From Octopus sinensis (taxonomy: Eukaryota): 64,000 nt of DNA. Position numbers and translations under genes: made by a program. Under the pieces are notes generated by a model. The model made no database searches. It was not told where the DNA came from and was given only the letters and a program-made list of their open reading frames with translations. Of the stretch, positions 50,862 through 63,332 are shown piece by piece (within the stretch, counting starts at the first letter, position 1; every line of letters begins with the position of its first letter). The DNA lies in assembly GCF_006345805.1 (NCBI RefSeq), contig NC_042998.1, forward strand, positions 190,402,001-190,466,000, given 5' to 3'.

Positions 50862-51345
50862 TCATCATCATCATCGTTTAACGTCCGTTTTCCATGCTAG
50901 CATGGATTGGATGGTTCGACTGGGGTCTGGGAAGCCAGGAGGCTGCACCAGGCTCCAGTCTGATCTGGCAGTGTTTCTACAGCTGGATGCCCTTCCTAAC
51001 GCCAACCACTCCGTGAGTGTAGTGGGTGTTTTTTATGTGCCACTGGCACAGGTGCCAGGGGAGGCTGGCAACAGCCACAATCAGTTGGTGCTTTTTACGT
51101 GAGACCGGTACGTAAGCCAGTCAAGGCGGCGCTGGCATTGGCCACGTTCGGATGGTGCTTTTTACATGCCACTGGCACAGGTATCACAACTGCAATTTCC
51201 ATTTGATTTTTGATGTTGATGTACTTGGCTCAATAGGTCTCCTCAAGCAGGTTGCCCTATGATCCAAGGTAAGCACAGCAGGCTGTCCTGTGATCCAAGG
51301 CACTTTGGATGGGCTGGGGCTTCTATGTGAAGCTGGTGCAGGAAA
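50862..51345 (-). mobile_element. RTE 3' UTR fragment
   Basis: (CAT)n start, reverse-complement RTE tail, TA-rich flanks. Confidence 0.85.
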
Positions 51346-51399
51346 CATATATATGTATATATACCTTATATACTTGTGTAAATGTTAAATTTTAGACCA

Positions 51400-52712
51400 G
51401 TGTAAGGTATGGACACATAAGAGGTGCAGCAATATCAAAGGAGAGCTAACTGGGAAGATAGTTTTTGTATGTGGCAGAAGTTCAGGAGCAATAAATGCTG
51501 AAAATGTGCAGAGAACAACTTCCGCCACATTCCAGGGAGAAAAAGTAGTTGATAGCTTCCATTACCTAGGTGAACAAGTCAGTAGCCGGGGTGGATGCAC
51601 TGAAAGTGTAGCTGCTAGAATAAGAATAGCCTGGGCAAAGTTCAGAGAACTCTTACTTCTGCTGGTCACAAAGGGCCTCTCACTCAGAGTAAAAGGTAGA
51701 GTGTATGACGCATGTGTTACAAACAGCCATGCTACATGGCAGTGAAACATGGGCCATGACTGTTGAGGACATGCGTTAGCTTGCAAGGAATGAAGCCAGT
51801 ATGCTCCGATGGATGTGTAATGTCAGTGTGCATACTCGACAGAGTGTAAGTGCCTTGAGAGAAAAGTTGGACCTAAGAAGCATCAGTTGTGGTGTGCAAG
51901 AGAGACATTTGCTGGTATGGTTATGTGGCGAGAATGGATGAAGGTAGTTGTGTGAAAAAGTACCACACCCTAGCGGTTGAGACAACCTGTGGAAGAGGTA
52001 GACCCAGGAAGACCTGGGATGAGGTGGTGAAGCATGACCTTCGATCATTAGGCCTCACCAACAGCAATGACTAGTGACCGAAACCTTTGGAAATATGCTG
52101 TGCTTGAGAAGATCCAGCAAGCCAAGTGAGATCATAATCAGTGGTATAACCAGTCCACTTATGCATACCTTTCCTTCAATGGACACTAAACTCTGCTTGT
52201 GAAGACCTGTTGAGGCAAGTGAAATTGAAATCGAAATCAAATTCAATGACAGGTATCCGTGCTAGTGGAGCGCTAAGAGCACCATCCGTGTGTGATCGTT
52301 GCCAGAGCAGCAAACTGGCTTCCGTGCCGGTGGCACCTAAAAAGCACCATTCGAGTGTGATTGTTATCAGCACCGCCTTACTGGCACCTGTGCTGCTGGT
52401 ATGTGAAAAAACATTTGTGCGAGGTCTTTACCGGTGCCACTGGACTGGCTCCTGTGCAGGTGGCACATAAAAAACACCATTTAAGCGTGGCCATTGCCAG
52501 TACCGCATGACTGGCTCTCGTGCCGGTGACATGTAAAAGCACCCACTACACTCTCAGAGTGGTTGGAGTTAGGAAGGGCATCTAGCTGTAGAAACTCTGC
52601 CTGATCAGATTGGAGCCTGGTGCAGCCATCCGGTTCGCCAGTCCTCAGTCAAATCGTCCAACCCATGCTAGCATGGAAAGCAGACGTTAAACGATGATTA
52701 TGATGATGATAA
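51400..52712 (+). mobile_element. RTE LINE 3' fragment
   Basis: SFHYLG...ARIRIAWAKFRELL...RVYDACV...WYGYVARM...GRGRPRKTWDEVV, then 3' UTR and (GAT)n tail. Confidence 0.9.
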
Positions 52713-52761
52713 TAAGCTATATATACATATGTAATAAATTATGTATGTAATAAATTATATA

Positions 52762-52998
52762 TACTCTCTTTTACTCTCTTACTTGTTTCAGTCATTTGAC
52801 TGTGGCCATGCTGGAGTACCGCCTTTAGTCAAGCAAATCGACCCCAGGACTTATTCTTTGTAAGCCAAGTACTTATTCTCTGTGTTTACGTCCCTGTAAC
52901 TTAGAATAAGTACTAGGCTTACGAAGAATAAATCCTGGAGTTGATTTGCTTGACTAAAGGTAGTGCTCCAGCATGGCCACAGTCACATGACTGAAACA
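52762..52998. repeat. Head-to-head inverted pair of SINE family A 3' halves
   Basis: Arms 52784-52879 and 52903-52998 are approximate reverse complements. Confidence 0.85.
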
Positions 52999-53744
52999 CA
53001 CACACACATACACACACAAATATGTGTGTGTGTGTAGTCAGAAAGCTTCTTTGCTCTGAAGAAATATGCTATTTTGAGAAATACTGTACAAATATTAATA
53101 TAAGTATGCTTATTACATTTTTCTTGGTACCATTATGAGAAAGCATTACACATTATTGCTTTTTTGTTCAAAACAATAGAACATTTCAATAGAAGCTAAT
53201 ATATAAATTAAGGAAAACTGAATCACATGCAGTGTCAGATGATGATGATTTTTATCATTGTTATGACTGTTTCTATGACATAGCAACTCAATTAGATCAT
53301 TTGGTAAATCCAAACAGCTAGCATTTATATATCTACATAATGTATATACGTTTGTGACATGCGTTATGAATATTTATAAGCAAAGGCTCTAAATATCAAT
53401 CCTTCCAATTCGTCTTTCCAGGCCTTTATAACTGATAGATTATCTAAAACTATAATTACACAGCCTTTATCACAGCTCCATTCAGAAAGAGTAGTTCATA
53501 CTTAGAAAACAATAACATAACCAGACAGTAGCCCGTATGTAATCAACCTTGAATGTTTTGCCAAGAATATGACTTCACACTAGCAGTAGAATATTAACAA
53601 AAGAACTAATACGACCTGACACAAAGTAAAAAGTAAAACAAAAAATTACAGCTAGCAATTATAGTCTGGAAGATAACTCTCGGAAGTTAATGCTTTGTTT
53701 CAGAGTTAAGTCCCTTGTAAATTTCAGTTGGGGCGAAAATATGA

Positions 53745-53804
<60 letters not shown>

Positions 53805-54403
53805 TTGTATAGGGCAGAGCAGTGTAAGATCAATTAAACGATTCGTCAGATTAGCAAAGAAGGATGTTGAATAAAAATTTACAAAGAAGAATGTTTAATA
53901 AGAATGAAATGAATGAAGTAAAAGAAAACCAGTTACAAGATTATATGTATATGTATGTCAATGTGCTCATATATATATATATATATATATATAAAACGCC
54001 CCGCCCCCGTCCAATGGACGGTGCTGCGTTGTCAAACATTTAAACCAAATTTTTTCAAAACAACTTGTCTGACCGTTCCATAGGCCTCCCCTTTGAGAAA
54101 CACCGATTTAAACTAAATTTGAGACACCAGCAAAAGAAGAAATAAAGATAGATTTTTTTTCTATTCCAAAGAAAAACGATTTTATTCACACAAATATGCA
54201 ACTGAGGAGTTTAAAGTACCAGTAATGATAAGGCTGTTGACTGGGAGAACACAAACATGGTTTAAATTTTGAAGTGCTTTTGTTCTAATTATGTCTTAAA
54301 GACTGAGAAAGTTGCTCCAAATATAAGCTACATGTGTTTATTATATTCTTATACTGGTGGTGCTTGGTTATACCAAATACATCAATATAAATTTATACTT
54401 AAA

Positions 54404-54790
54404 CTAGCAGTATCGCCCGGCGTTGCTTGGATTTGTTTCAACCCTTTAGAATAGGAATTTTTGAAAAGTAAAAATTTTACATTATGTAGCTTGTTATTCT
54501 CTTTAAGTGAACATTTTTCTGGTTGAAATACACCAACAAATGGCGACACAGCAGTAAAAAAATCGTAAAAAATAGGCATTTTCATTATATAAAAAGCATC
54601 TTTTGATGTAAATAATTTTTGGTGTTAACATGGTCCAATTTGAATATTTTCTTCTATGGAAGGAAGAGCAAGCCTTCTATCATACTCTCAATTTTGGTCA
54701 ACTTGTGCTTCAGGGTCTTGGAGGAGATAGTGTTAGTCGAAGGCTACCAAACCTGCCACACACAGACAACTTCAGCTTTATATATAGAGA
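54404..54790 (-). mobile_element. Non-autonomous Helitron
   Basis: Minus-strand A|TCTCTATATATAAAG...GCAACGCCGGGCGATACTGCTAG|T; A/T target, no TSD. Confidence 0.85.
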
Positions 54791-55300
54791 TTGATAATGT
54801 TTCAGAACACCAGGCAGTAGCAATACATGAACTCTTTAGTTATTGAATACACATTACTTTCATTATTTTACTTGGGTATTCTGCAAAAGGCCGATTTGGC
54901 TGCTATTTCTAGCAGGTAGACAATGTAAAGACTCTTTGTAACATGCATGTGTTGGTTTTGTTATTGTTGGTTAACCCCAGGCTACCATCTTTTTTTTCTG
55001 GAGAGCTATGTCCAAAGGCATCCCAGCTGTGACCATTTTGACATTGTAGGAATATAAAAGACAACATTATCTATTATTATATTGTTATGTAAAGTTTGAG
55101 GGGCATTTAGCTGCTATTTTGAACAACTCTAACGACTCCCTGCTCCATACCATTCATTGTTCATCAACACAGAATACTACAAATTCATTACTAAAATCTC
55201 TTTCCTTCCCTCACAGGTTAATCATTCAATATATTTATGTTTCTCTTTTGTTGTACTGATTTAACATTAATGTTTCTAATTGTTATTTCTTTAATGTCCA

Positions 55301-55710
55301 CGCAGGAGTGGCTGTGTGGTAAGTAGCTTGCTAACCAACCACATGGTTCCAGGTTCAGTCCCACTGCGTGGCATCTTGGGCAAGTGTCTTCTGCTATAGC
55401 CTCGGGCCGACCAATGCCTTGTGAGTGGATTTGGTAGACGGAAACTGAAAGAAGCCTCTCGTATATATGTATATATATATAAGTGTGTGTGTATATGCTT
55501 GTGTGTCTGTGTTTGTCTCCCTAGCATTGCTTGACAACCGATGCTGGTGTGTTTACGTCGCCGTCACTTAGCGGTTCGGCAAAAGAGACCGATAAAATAA
55601 GTACTGGGCTTACAAAGAATAAGTCCTGAGGTCGATTTGCTCGACTAAAGGCGGTGCTCCAGCATGGCCGCAGTCAAATGACTGAAACAAGTAAAAGAGT
55701 AAAAGAGTAA
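55301..55710 (+). mobile_element. SINE family A
   Basis: Full length; followed directly by a partial minus-strand family B copy (55709-55815). Confidence 0.9.
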
Positions 55711-56028
55711 GGGGCTACACACAGAAGGGACAAACAAACGGATGAAGTCCATTATATCGACCCCAGTGCATAACTGGTACTTATTTAGTCAACCTCGAAA
55801 GGATGAAAGGCAAAAAAAAAATCGTTTATATGCTCTGGTTGCAGTCTATCCATACTTTGCTCTGACTGATAATGCTCATACTTTTAGCCGAATGATATTC
55901 AGGGATCAAAAAATAAATGCTGCAGCTGTACTAACCCTTCACCTGGTTGAGTATCTTCCTGCATACTATAACATGTAGTGTTTTCCTTTTATTTGTCTGT
56001 ATGGCTTAGTCAGAGGAGGAAATATAGT

Positions 56029-56431
56029 ACTTTACTCTTTTACTCTTTTACTTGTTTCAGTCAGTTGACTGCGGCCATGCTGGAGCACCGCCTTTAATCG
56101 AGCAACTCGACCCCGGGACTTATTCTTTTGTAAGCCCAGTACTTATTCTATCGGTGTCTTTTGCCGAACCGCTAAGTAACGGGGACATAAACACACCAGC
56201 ATCGGTTGTCAAGCAATGCTAGGGGGACAAACACAGACACACACACACGCATATATATACATATATACGACGGGCTCCTTTCAGTTTCCGTCTACCAAAT
56301 CCACTCACAAGGCTTTGGTCGGCCCGAGGCTATAGTAGAAGACACTTGCCCAAGGTGCCATGCAGTGGGACTGAACCCGGAACCATGTGGTTGGTAAACA
56401 AGCTACTTACCACACAGCCACTCCTGCGCCT
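56029..56431 (-). mobile_element. SINE family A
   Basis: Full length, inverted relative to 55301-55710. Confidence 0.9.
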
Positions 56432-56982
56432 ACTCATGAACTTTTATTAAACTTGACCAATATTTTTCAAGCAATGAACAATTTTCATCAAAACAATGAT
56501 ATAATTTGTTGACTTAGAACTTATTGCAAAGCTGCATGATAAACAACATTTTTGTCTTCCCATTTAGGGGTCAGTACAATTTTTTTTCCCTGTCTAACCT
56601 GTTTCTTTCTCTCTCTTTCTGTTGATTGTTTTCAGCCCTCACCATCACCAGTACCACCACCACCATCAATACCTTTGACTTTGCTGCCTTCCCCTCCATC
56701 ACCATCACCACTGTCTTTCACATTGCTTAATATCACCGTCATCCCTGACTGATCACCACCACTATCACCACTGTCGCCTCTGCCTCTATCACAATTACAG
56801 CTCATACTATTACTATCACTCCATTACCATCACAACCGTCAATCTACTACCATCTCTATGCTTACTGTTACTCTCACACCCATCAGGAGGAATAAGGGAA
56901 GTGTCCTTGAATAGTGAGAGAGCGGGGTCAAAGTGTGACACAGAAATTCGTTTTGGCATTTATATATATATATATATATATA

Positions 56983-57188
56983 TCATCATCATCATCATCG
57001 TTTAATGCCCGCTTTCCATGCTAGCATGGGTTGGATGGTTCAACTGGGGTCTGGGAAGCCCGAAGCTGCACCAGGCCAGTCAGATCTGGCAGTGTTTCTA
57101 CAGCTGGATGCCCTTCCTAACGCCAACCACTCCGTGAGTGTAGTGGGTGTTTTTTATGTGCCACCGACACAGGTGCCAGACGAGGCTG
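56983..57188 (-). mobile_element. RTE 3' end within (TA)n
   Basis: (TA)n, then (CAT)n, the RTE tail, and (TA)n again. Confidence 0.9.
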
Positions 57189-57488
57189 ATATATATATAT
57201 ATATAACGAGGGAGATAAATTGAATATTAATCTAATTAATATCAATTTAAAACCAGTAGCCTAGCATATATAAAAAATCTGAAAAATCAGAAAAAATTTC
57301 AATACATGTATATATTTATGGATAACCACTAGGTGGATAACCAATATGCTAGAAGATCTTCTTCTAGCATATTGGTTATCCATAAATATATACCTGTATA
57401 TATATATATATATATATATATATGAATTTTTTACGTAATAAGATAAAAAAACCCAAGGCTGTATAGATAGAGCATTTATAGATAGAAG

Positions 57489-57540
57489 GTCTTACAGCTG
57501 TTTCTAGGATATTAATTAATAATATCCCTTCATTGGAGAC
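57489..57540 (-). ncRNA. Decayed minimal type-I hammerhead motif (Penelope-type)
   Basis: Minus strand: GTCT-CCAATGA-A-GGGATATTA(TTAAT)TAATATCCT-A-GAAAC-AGCT-GTA-AGAC. Confidence 0.55.
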
Positions 57541-57708
57541 AGTGTGAGAGGAAAGTTAAGTCATAGTTAGTTAAGATGTGATACAAAATAGAGAGTGAGG
57601 TGGAGGAAAGAAAATAGATGTAAGATATGTATGAGTATTGAATTTGTAAATCCGTTTTATAGGCATAATGGTATATATGCAATATTCCAATATCCTTTGA
57701 GTAAAATC

Positions 57709-57752
<44 letters not shown>

Positions 57753-57913
57753 AATTTCAAATAATTCATGTAATACATTTTCTGATATGCAAAATTTTGC
57801 ACTTATGATAATCAATACCGATTTTTTGTCAGTTATTTTATATCATTTATGTTTTAAAATCTTTTTATAGACTAGAGTATTTTTCAATTTTTTGTTTTTT
57901 TTTTCTTTTCTAG

Positions 57914-58474
57914 ATACATACACACTTTGCTGCTGATTACAAAGATTTCTCAATTCCAGAGAAAGATAAAGAAAATATTCCATCCACCAATTCTCTTGCT
58001 GAGTATGAACATTCTGCATTGGCGTATGCAGAGAACGGTGGTAATGATATCATAAAGGAGAATAACATCAAAGCCAACAAGAATATTTACTATGGTATCG
58101 TTAACCAGGCTAATATTATGCAAGAGAACTGCTTTGTTAGTGGAGATAATGAAATGCTTGTTGGTATAAAAAGTAAGGAACTATCATCTAGAGATGATGG
58201 TCATATGCAACAGCAACAATCTCAGCAGGAAAGTCATTCATTGTCTCAAATAGATATTTGTTCTGAACACCAAACAGGTATGAATCTCTCTTCAAAATTT
58301 ACCAAACCTCTTTTGAATAAAGATGTTCTGTATGAAAGACCAACATCTTGGCAACCTTTAGAAACATTGACTCAGAATTATGGTAACCACAATGGCAGCT
58401 ATAACTGTGAAATACCAGTTTATAAAAACCAGTATATTTTCTTTCCTCAGTATTATAACAATAATATCAAATAG
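57914..58474 (+). CDS. HSF5: HSF5-like gene, putative terminal coding exon 5
   Basis: Strong pyrimidine-tract acceptor TTTTCTTTTCTAG (phase 0); 186 open codons IHTHFAADY...NNNIK ending TAG at 58472-58474; low-complexity N/S/Q-rich. Confidence 0.7.
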   Translation: MHTHFAADYKDFSIPEKDKENIPSTNSLAEYEHSALAYAENGGNDIIKENNIKANKNIYYGIVNQANIMQENCFVSGDNEMLVGIKSKELSSRDDGHMQQQQSQQESHSLSQIDICSEHQTGMNLSSKFTKPLLNKDVLYERPTSWQPLETLTQNYGNHNGSYNCEIPVYKNQYIFFPQYYNNNIK

Positions 58475-58828
58475 CCGATATTTGTTCATTGTTTATTATT
58501 GTTGTTGTTATATTGTTGTGTTTACTTTTAAAGTTACTTAAGTTATTGTTTATTATTATTATTATGAGTGGTAGACAGCAGAATTGGTTGAGTGGTGAAC
58601 AAAATGGCTTGAAGTATTTAGTTATGACTCTCTGCATTCCGAGTTCAAATCCCCACCAAGGCTGACTTTGCCATTCATCCTTCTGAGGTTGAAAAAATAA
58701 TTACCAGTAAAACACTGGGGTTGATATAATTAACTATCCATTTTCTATCAAATTTGTGGCCTTGTACCTGGGTGAGAATCATTATTATTAAGATATATCA
58801 CATTCATTGTACAGGTTTATTTGTTGCT

Positions 58829-58834
58829 AATAAA
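58829..58834 (+). promoter_or_regulatory. Candidate polyadenylation signal
   Basis: AATAAA about 355 nt downstream of the predicted stop. Confidence 0.35.
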
Positions 58835-60089
58835 ATACATTCCACTGATTGTATTGTTATAACCAACTTATTATTTCCATGAATTTATCACTCCCAATAG
58901 TTTGCATTTTCTGAGCTATGTTTTTTTCTATGCTCCTATCTCTCTCTCTTGCTGTTTAACCTTCTGTCTTCATGCATACACATATATATTGCCATAATCA
59001 TCATCATCATTTCAAATTCATTTTTCCATGCTGGAACATGTTGGATGGTTCTCACAACATTTCACTACTTGTTGCAGTCCTTCACCATCTGATACATCAC
59101 AACAACTAAGGAAAATCAACCAACATTGTCGTTGTGTATGTCATATTTATGTACATCTTCAGTCACATATACATAACTCGTGTTATTAGAAGGCTATATA
59201 TAGTAATGCAGAGGAAACATTATATTTCAGTAATAACAATAAAAAGATATAGAAATGTTACCTGAGAAATATTTAATTGGTCCTGATAATTTAGGTCAAA
59301 TACTTCCTTTTCAAATCTGTTGGAGAGAAGACGGCTGTTAGTTTGAAATGTCTGGTGTGTGTGTGTGTGTGTGGTGTGTGTGTGTGGTATTATCATTCAA
59401 GAAACAGCTTTGACAAATGCAGGGGCATTAACAGGTATTGTGCAGCTATTATCAAAGTCACAGTCTGTATCATCAGTGACCTAATCAATGATTAGCAGGT
59501 GGCATGTGTTAAATGAGGCACATATATAACAATGACTATATTAACCATTGACACAGTTCCTCACACATGTCACAACCCATGAACACAATTTACAGCCCCA
59601 TATCCCACATCACTCCACATTTGACTTACGATCACCATTCATGGAGAACCAACATTTAATGGACTTACTTCTCTTTGCATTCCTAAAACTTGCAAAGCAG
59701 TGTACCAGAAAAAAATTGGCATACCATTGGAGAGAAGTATATTCAGAAAAATTGGGGGCATACTTGCTGTTACTATTGCTGAAAATAGATATAGAAGTTA
59801 TATTATGAAATATTGAAAAAAATCTACTTCAAGAACCTACCAATCATCCAAATTGACAGCAGTACAGCAGTATGGTAGATAGAGTGACTGACAATATGAA
59901 GGCAGTGAAACTAGCTGATCTATCAGGGACAGTCGATGAGATGATTAAAATATGTGAAGTACCACACATCCTAGTTACTTGAATAGCCAGTCAAGTAACA
60001 CATGAAGGTGTTATACCCATTAACTGACAGAGTAGTGTTATCATAAATTGCTACAAGAACATTAGAGAAAAGAAACTACTCAGGTGTCA

Positions 60090-61345
60090 AATCATTGGCT
60101 CAGGTTATGAATTATGGAAAGGGTTCTTGCAAAACTTATATGGAACAGGATTAGCTTGAACGAGATGCAGTTCGGTTTTATGCCATATGCTTAGTGAGAA
60201 AAATTTCAGAAGTACATAGCTACACTTAGCATTCGTTGACTTGTAGAAGGCTTTGATATTGTTTGTCCCTCTGTGGTGAAGTGGTCACTAAGGAACCTAC
60301 GGGTGGATGCATTTCTGTACATGGCTTGTGAAGGCGATGCAAACCATGTGTAGAAATGCAGTCAGCAAGGAAAGAGTAATGAGCTAAGTGACAAATCTAG
60401 CCTCCGGCTAGGGTCCGATAGGGCAGAGTTTTCAGTTGCCTTCTGCTTAATATAGCCCCCCAAATCCATAATAGAGAAGTTTAAGATCGTCTGTCTATGG
60501 GAACATTTTACTTACTGATGTCCTTGGTTTTGTAGTAGAATGAATAGAAAATTTCGAAAGCAAAATGTGAAGTCGAGATGCAACACTTAGCAAAGACGAA
60601 AAGAAGATAAGATCCAGCTACCAACAAATAAATGGCAGTGGTTGGTATGAAAAAAAGGGAGCAAGCAGAAATTCTATACAGTGGCCCAGTGTAATCAATG
60701 GATGTAGGATTACAGATAAATTAACTGAGAAGGTAGGCATCATATGAAGAATACAGACATCAGCCAATAATCACTTAGAACACTCAAGGAATAGATTCTC
60801 TCAATATAACTAGGTGACTTCCTTAAAATCGCTGACAACCCCTGATTAAAAGTAAAAATGAGTGTTCTGAAAGCATAGCCAAAGAAAGAATGGGCAGTTA
60901 AAAGTTCTGAGCACTACTGCCTCGAAGTAACAAAGATCTTTCTTAGAGTGGAGGGAAGACTGTATAATGCCTTTGTACGAAGTGCAACGCTGTATGACAG
61001 CGAGATTCGTGTTTTGAACGCAGAAGATTTGCAAAGAGTAGAAAGAATTGGAGTATGCTTTGCTGGATGTGATGTGTATGAATGACGGAGTACGAATGAG
61101 GAGACATGAAAGGAACCTGATGTGGTGTACATGAAAGAAAACTGTGCTGGTTTGGGCATGGGATGCTTAACAGTCGTATAAGGAAGTTATGAATCTTCAA
61201 AATAAATGGAATTTGTGGAAGAGAGATCGAAGATGTGGAACAAAATGAAGACTGATTTGAAGATGATACATTTCACGACGGAGAGAACAAGGGACCGTGA
61301 CGGTTGGCGCTACACGGTGCTGGAGAAGATCCGATCGCTCATGTA
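60090..61345 (+). pseudogene. Degenerate RTE RT to C-terminal fragment
   Basis: ERVLAKLI...EMQFGFMP, HLAFVDL*KAFD, LCWFGH, and RDRDGWR near the end; many stops. Confidence 0.7.
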
Positions 61346-62811
61346 AACATAATAAAACGTAAATTAAACTACGAAGGTAGTAATGGAAGTTCGACTGTAT
61401 AATTTATATCTAGAACTACGATTTTCGCCCATTTTGAACTTGAAAAGTTACTTTTTGCTTCCCCTCTTGATTATTTGATACCTTGTCATCCCCTCTCCTA
61501 TTCACTGTACCATGTCATTCATGTAAAGAGGAAAACTTTAGATTTGTCTCGATTCTTTTTTTTTACTCCAATCCATATCTCTAGCCCCTTTCCAACAACG
61601 ATGTCCGAAGAAGGATTGCATTGGTTCAGTTAGTATCCGATACATTCGTCTGTACAGTTCAACTGCTAACAACATAAAACATTCCTATTCTACAACCCGT
61701 AATTTCTCATAGATAATAACAGTGGCTGAATAAGCCGTTAAGTGCAACATGGAGTCCCAGTGAACGCTTGTATTATAATACTACTGTTAGTATTGAGTTC
61801 CCCCCCCCACTTCGTTAGTAAATGTTCTGCTCTGGCCCTTTCTCATACTTTTACTCATCTTTTGCCTCTTATCGCTTGACACAAAGTTTGGTTCCTCGGG
61901 GTTCACAGTTTTGCAAACTTCACGGCAACCTCACTAGTGCTGGTGGCACGACAAAAGCATCCAATACACGCTGTAAAGTGGTTGGCATGGGAAGAGCATC
62001 ACATTATTTAGCTGGAATTGTATTTTCAGTAGATAATTTGGTGCTAGTTGGTACTTTCATGAACGATTTTGATTATATTTTGCTTACGATTATTCTTTGT
62101 ATTTTGAGTATTTTTTGGCTTCTCCCAGTAAAGATATATTCTGATGAAGTTGTGTATTTCCGTTTTTCTGTGTTGATACATAAAACAAAAACACTGAGAG
62201 TATCTAAGGTGTTCTGTTCTTCGCAATCCCTCAATATCTGTTGATTAAGTGCGCTCTGTTCTTTTATCAGTTAACGTTATTGAGTACTGTCGTTCGAATA
62301 ATATTTACTTTAATTTTTGAAGTAGTTGATCGCAAGTTTCAGTTTTAAATGAGATACATTTGAGAAGATTCTTGTTAAGTTGAAAGGTATATTCATTCTG
62401 TATGTATTGGATAAAAAAAATTATTTCTTGAGTTTGCTAGATTGAAGTAAATGTTGGATTCAGTGTCAAGGTCATTTTTAATGATTAACAGCGTAAGTTG
62501 GGGGGAAATTTTGATCTCAACCTTTCCTAGATATTGCCATAGAAATTAAAATAATTCTTTTGCTGGATTAATCTTATTCCTTCTACATCAAATTTTTTAT
62601 GTATTCATTTAAACAGATCGTTAGAAAAAATTTCAAATCCGATTTCGATGACTCCTTATTCCTATTCATGTAGAATCGTAAAACAAAAGCGCACAAAAAG
62701 AGTATGTTTGTTGATTTTTTCCCCACCAGGGGATTAACACCTCTAAATAAAATTATCTCTTAGGAAATTCAGTACGTGTTTCCGAAGAGGTTTCAAAAGA
62801 ATATTCTTTTA

Positions 62812-63100
62812 TTATTTTATTCTTTTACTTGTTTCAGTCATTCGATTGCGGCCATACTGGACCACCGCCCTGAACGGTTTTTTAGAGGAACAAATCAACC
62901 CCAGAACTTATTTCTTAAGCCATGTACTTATTCTATCATTCAATTTTGCCGAACTGCTAAGTTACGGGGACGTAAACAAATTAACACCGGTTGTCAAATT
63001 GTGATGGGGTAACAAACACAAACACAAAAGCACACGCAGATACATACATACATACATACATACATACATACATACATACATACATACATACATACATACA
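62812..63100 (-). mobile_element. SINE family A 3' half plus (TACA)n
   Basis: Reverse-complement tail segment followed by a tetranucleotide repeat at about 63041-63100. Confidence 0.75.
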
Positions 63101-63175
63101 TAATATTTTTTGCAGAAAGCACCTGAAATGTCTGCCTGCACTGATTGATACAACACAACTAGATGCACAATACAC

Positions 63176-63223
63176 TAACCCTAAAGGACAGCTGCAGAAT
63201 GGGTCGAAACGATCGTCGGGCTA
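63176..63223 (+). ncRNA. Decayed minimal type-I hammerhead motif
   Basis: Canonical 3' half GTC-GAAAC-GATC-GTC-GGG with palindromic stem III ACGATCGT; stem II GAC/GTC; 5' core degenerate (CTAAAG). Confidence 0.5.
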
Positions 63224-63269
63224 AATAAAGACTCATACTAATCCATCTTCCGTCGTTTCCCCCATAAAT

Positions 63270-63332
<63 letters not shown>

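Noticed and set aside
61600-61650. Hammerhead CCGAAGA-A-GGAT/ATCC-GATAC as a feature
   Set aside because: GAAA is mutated and the stem I register does not fit; mentioned only as weak support.
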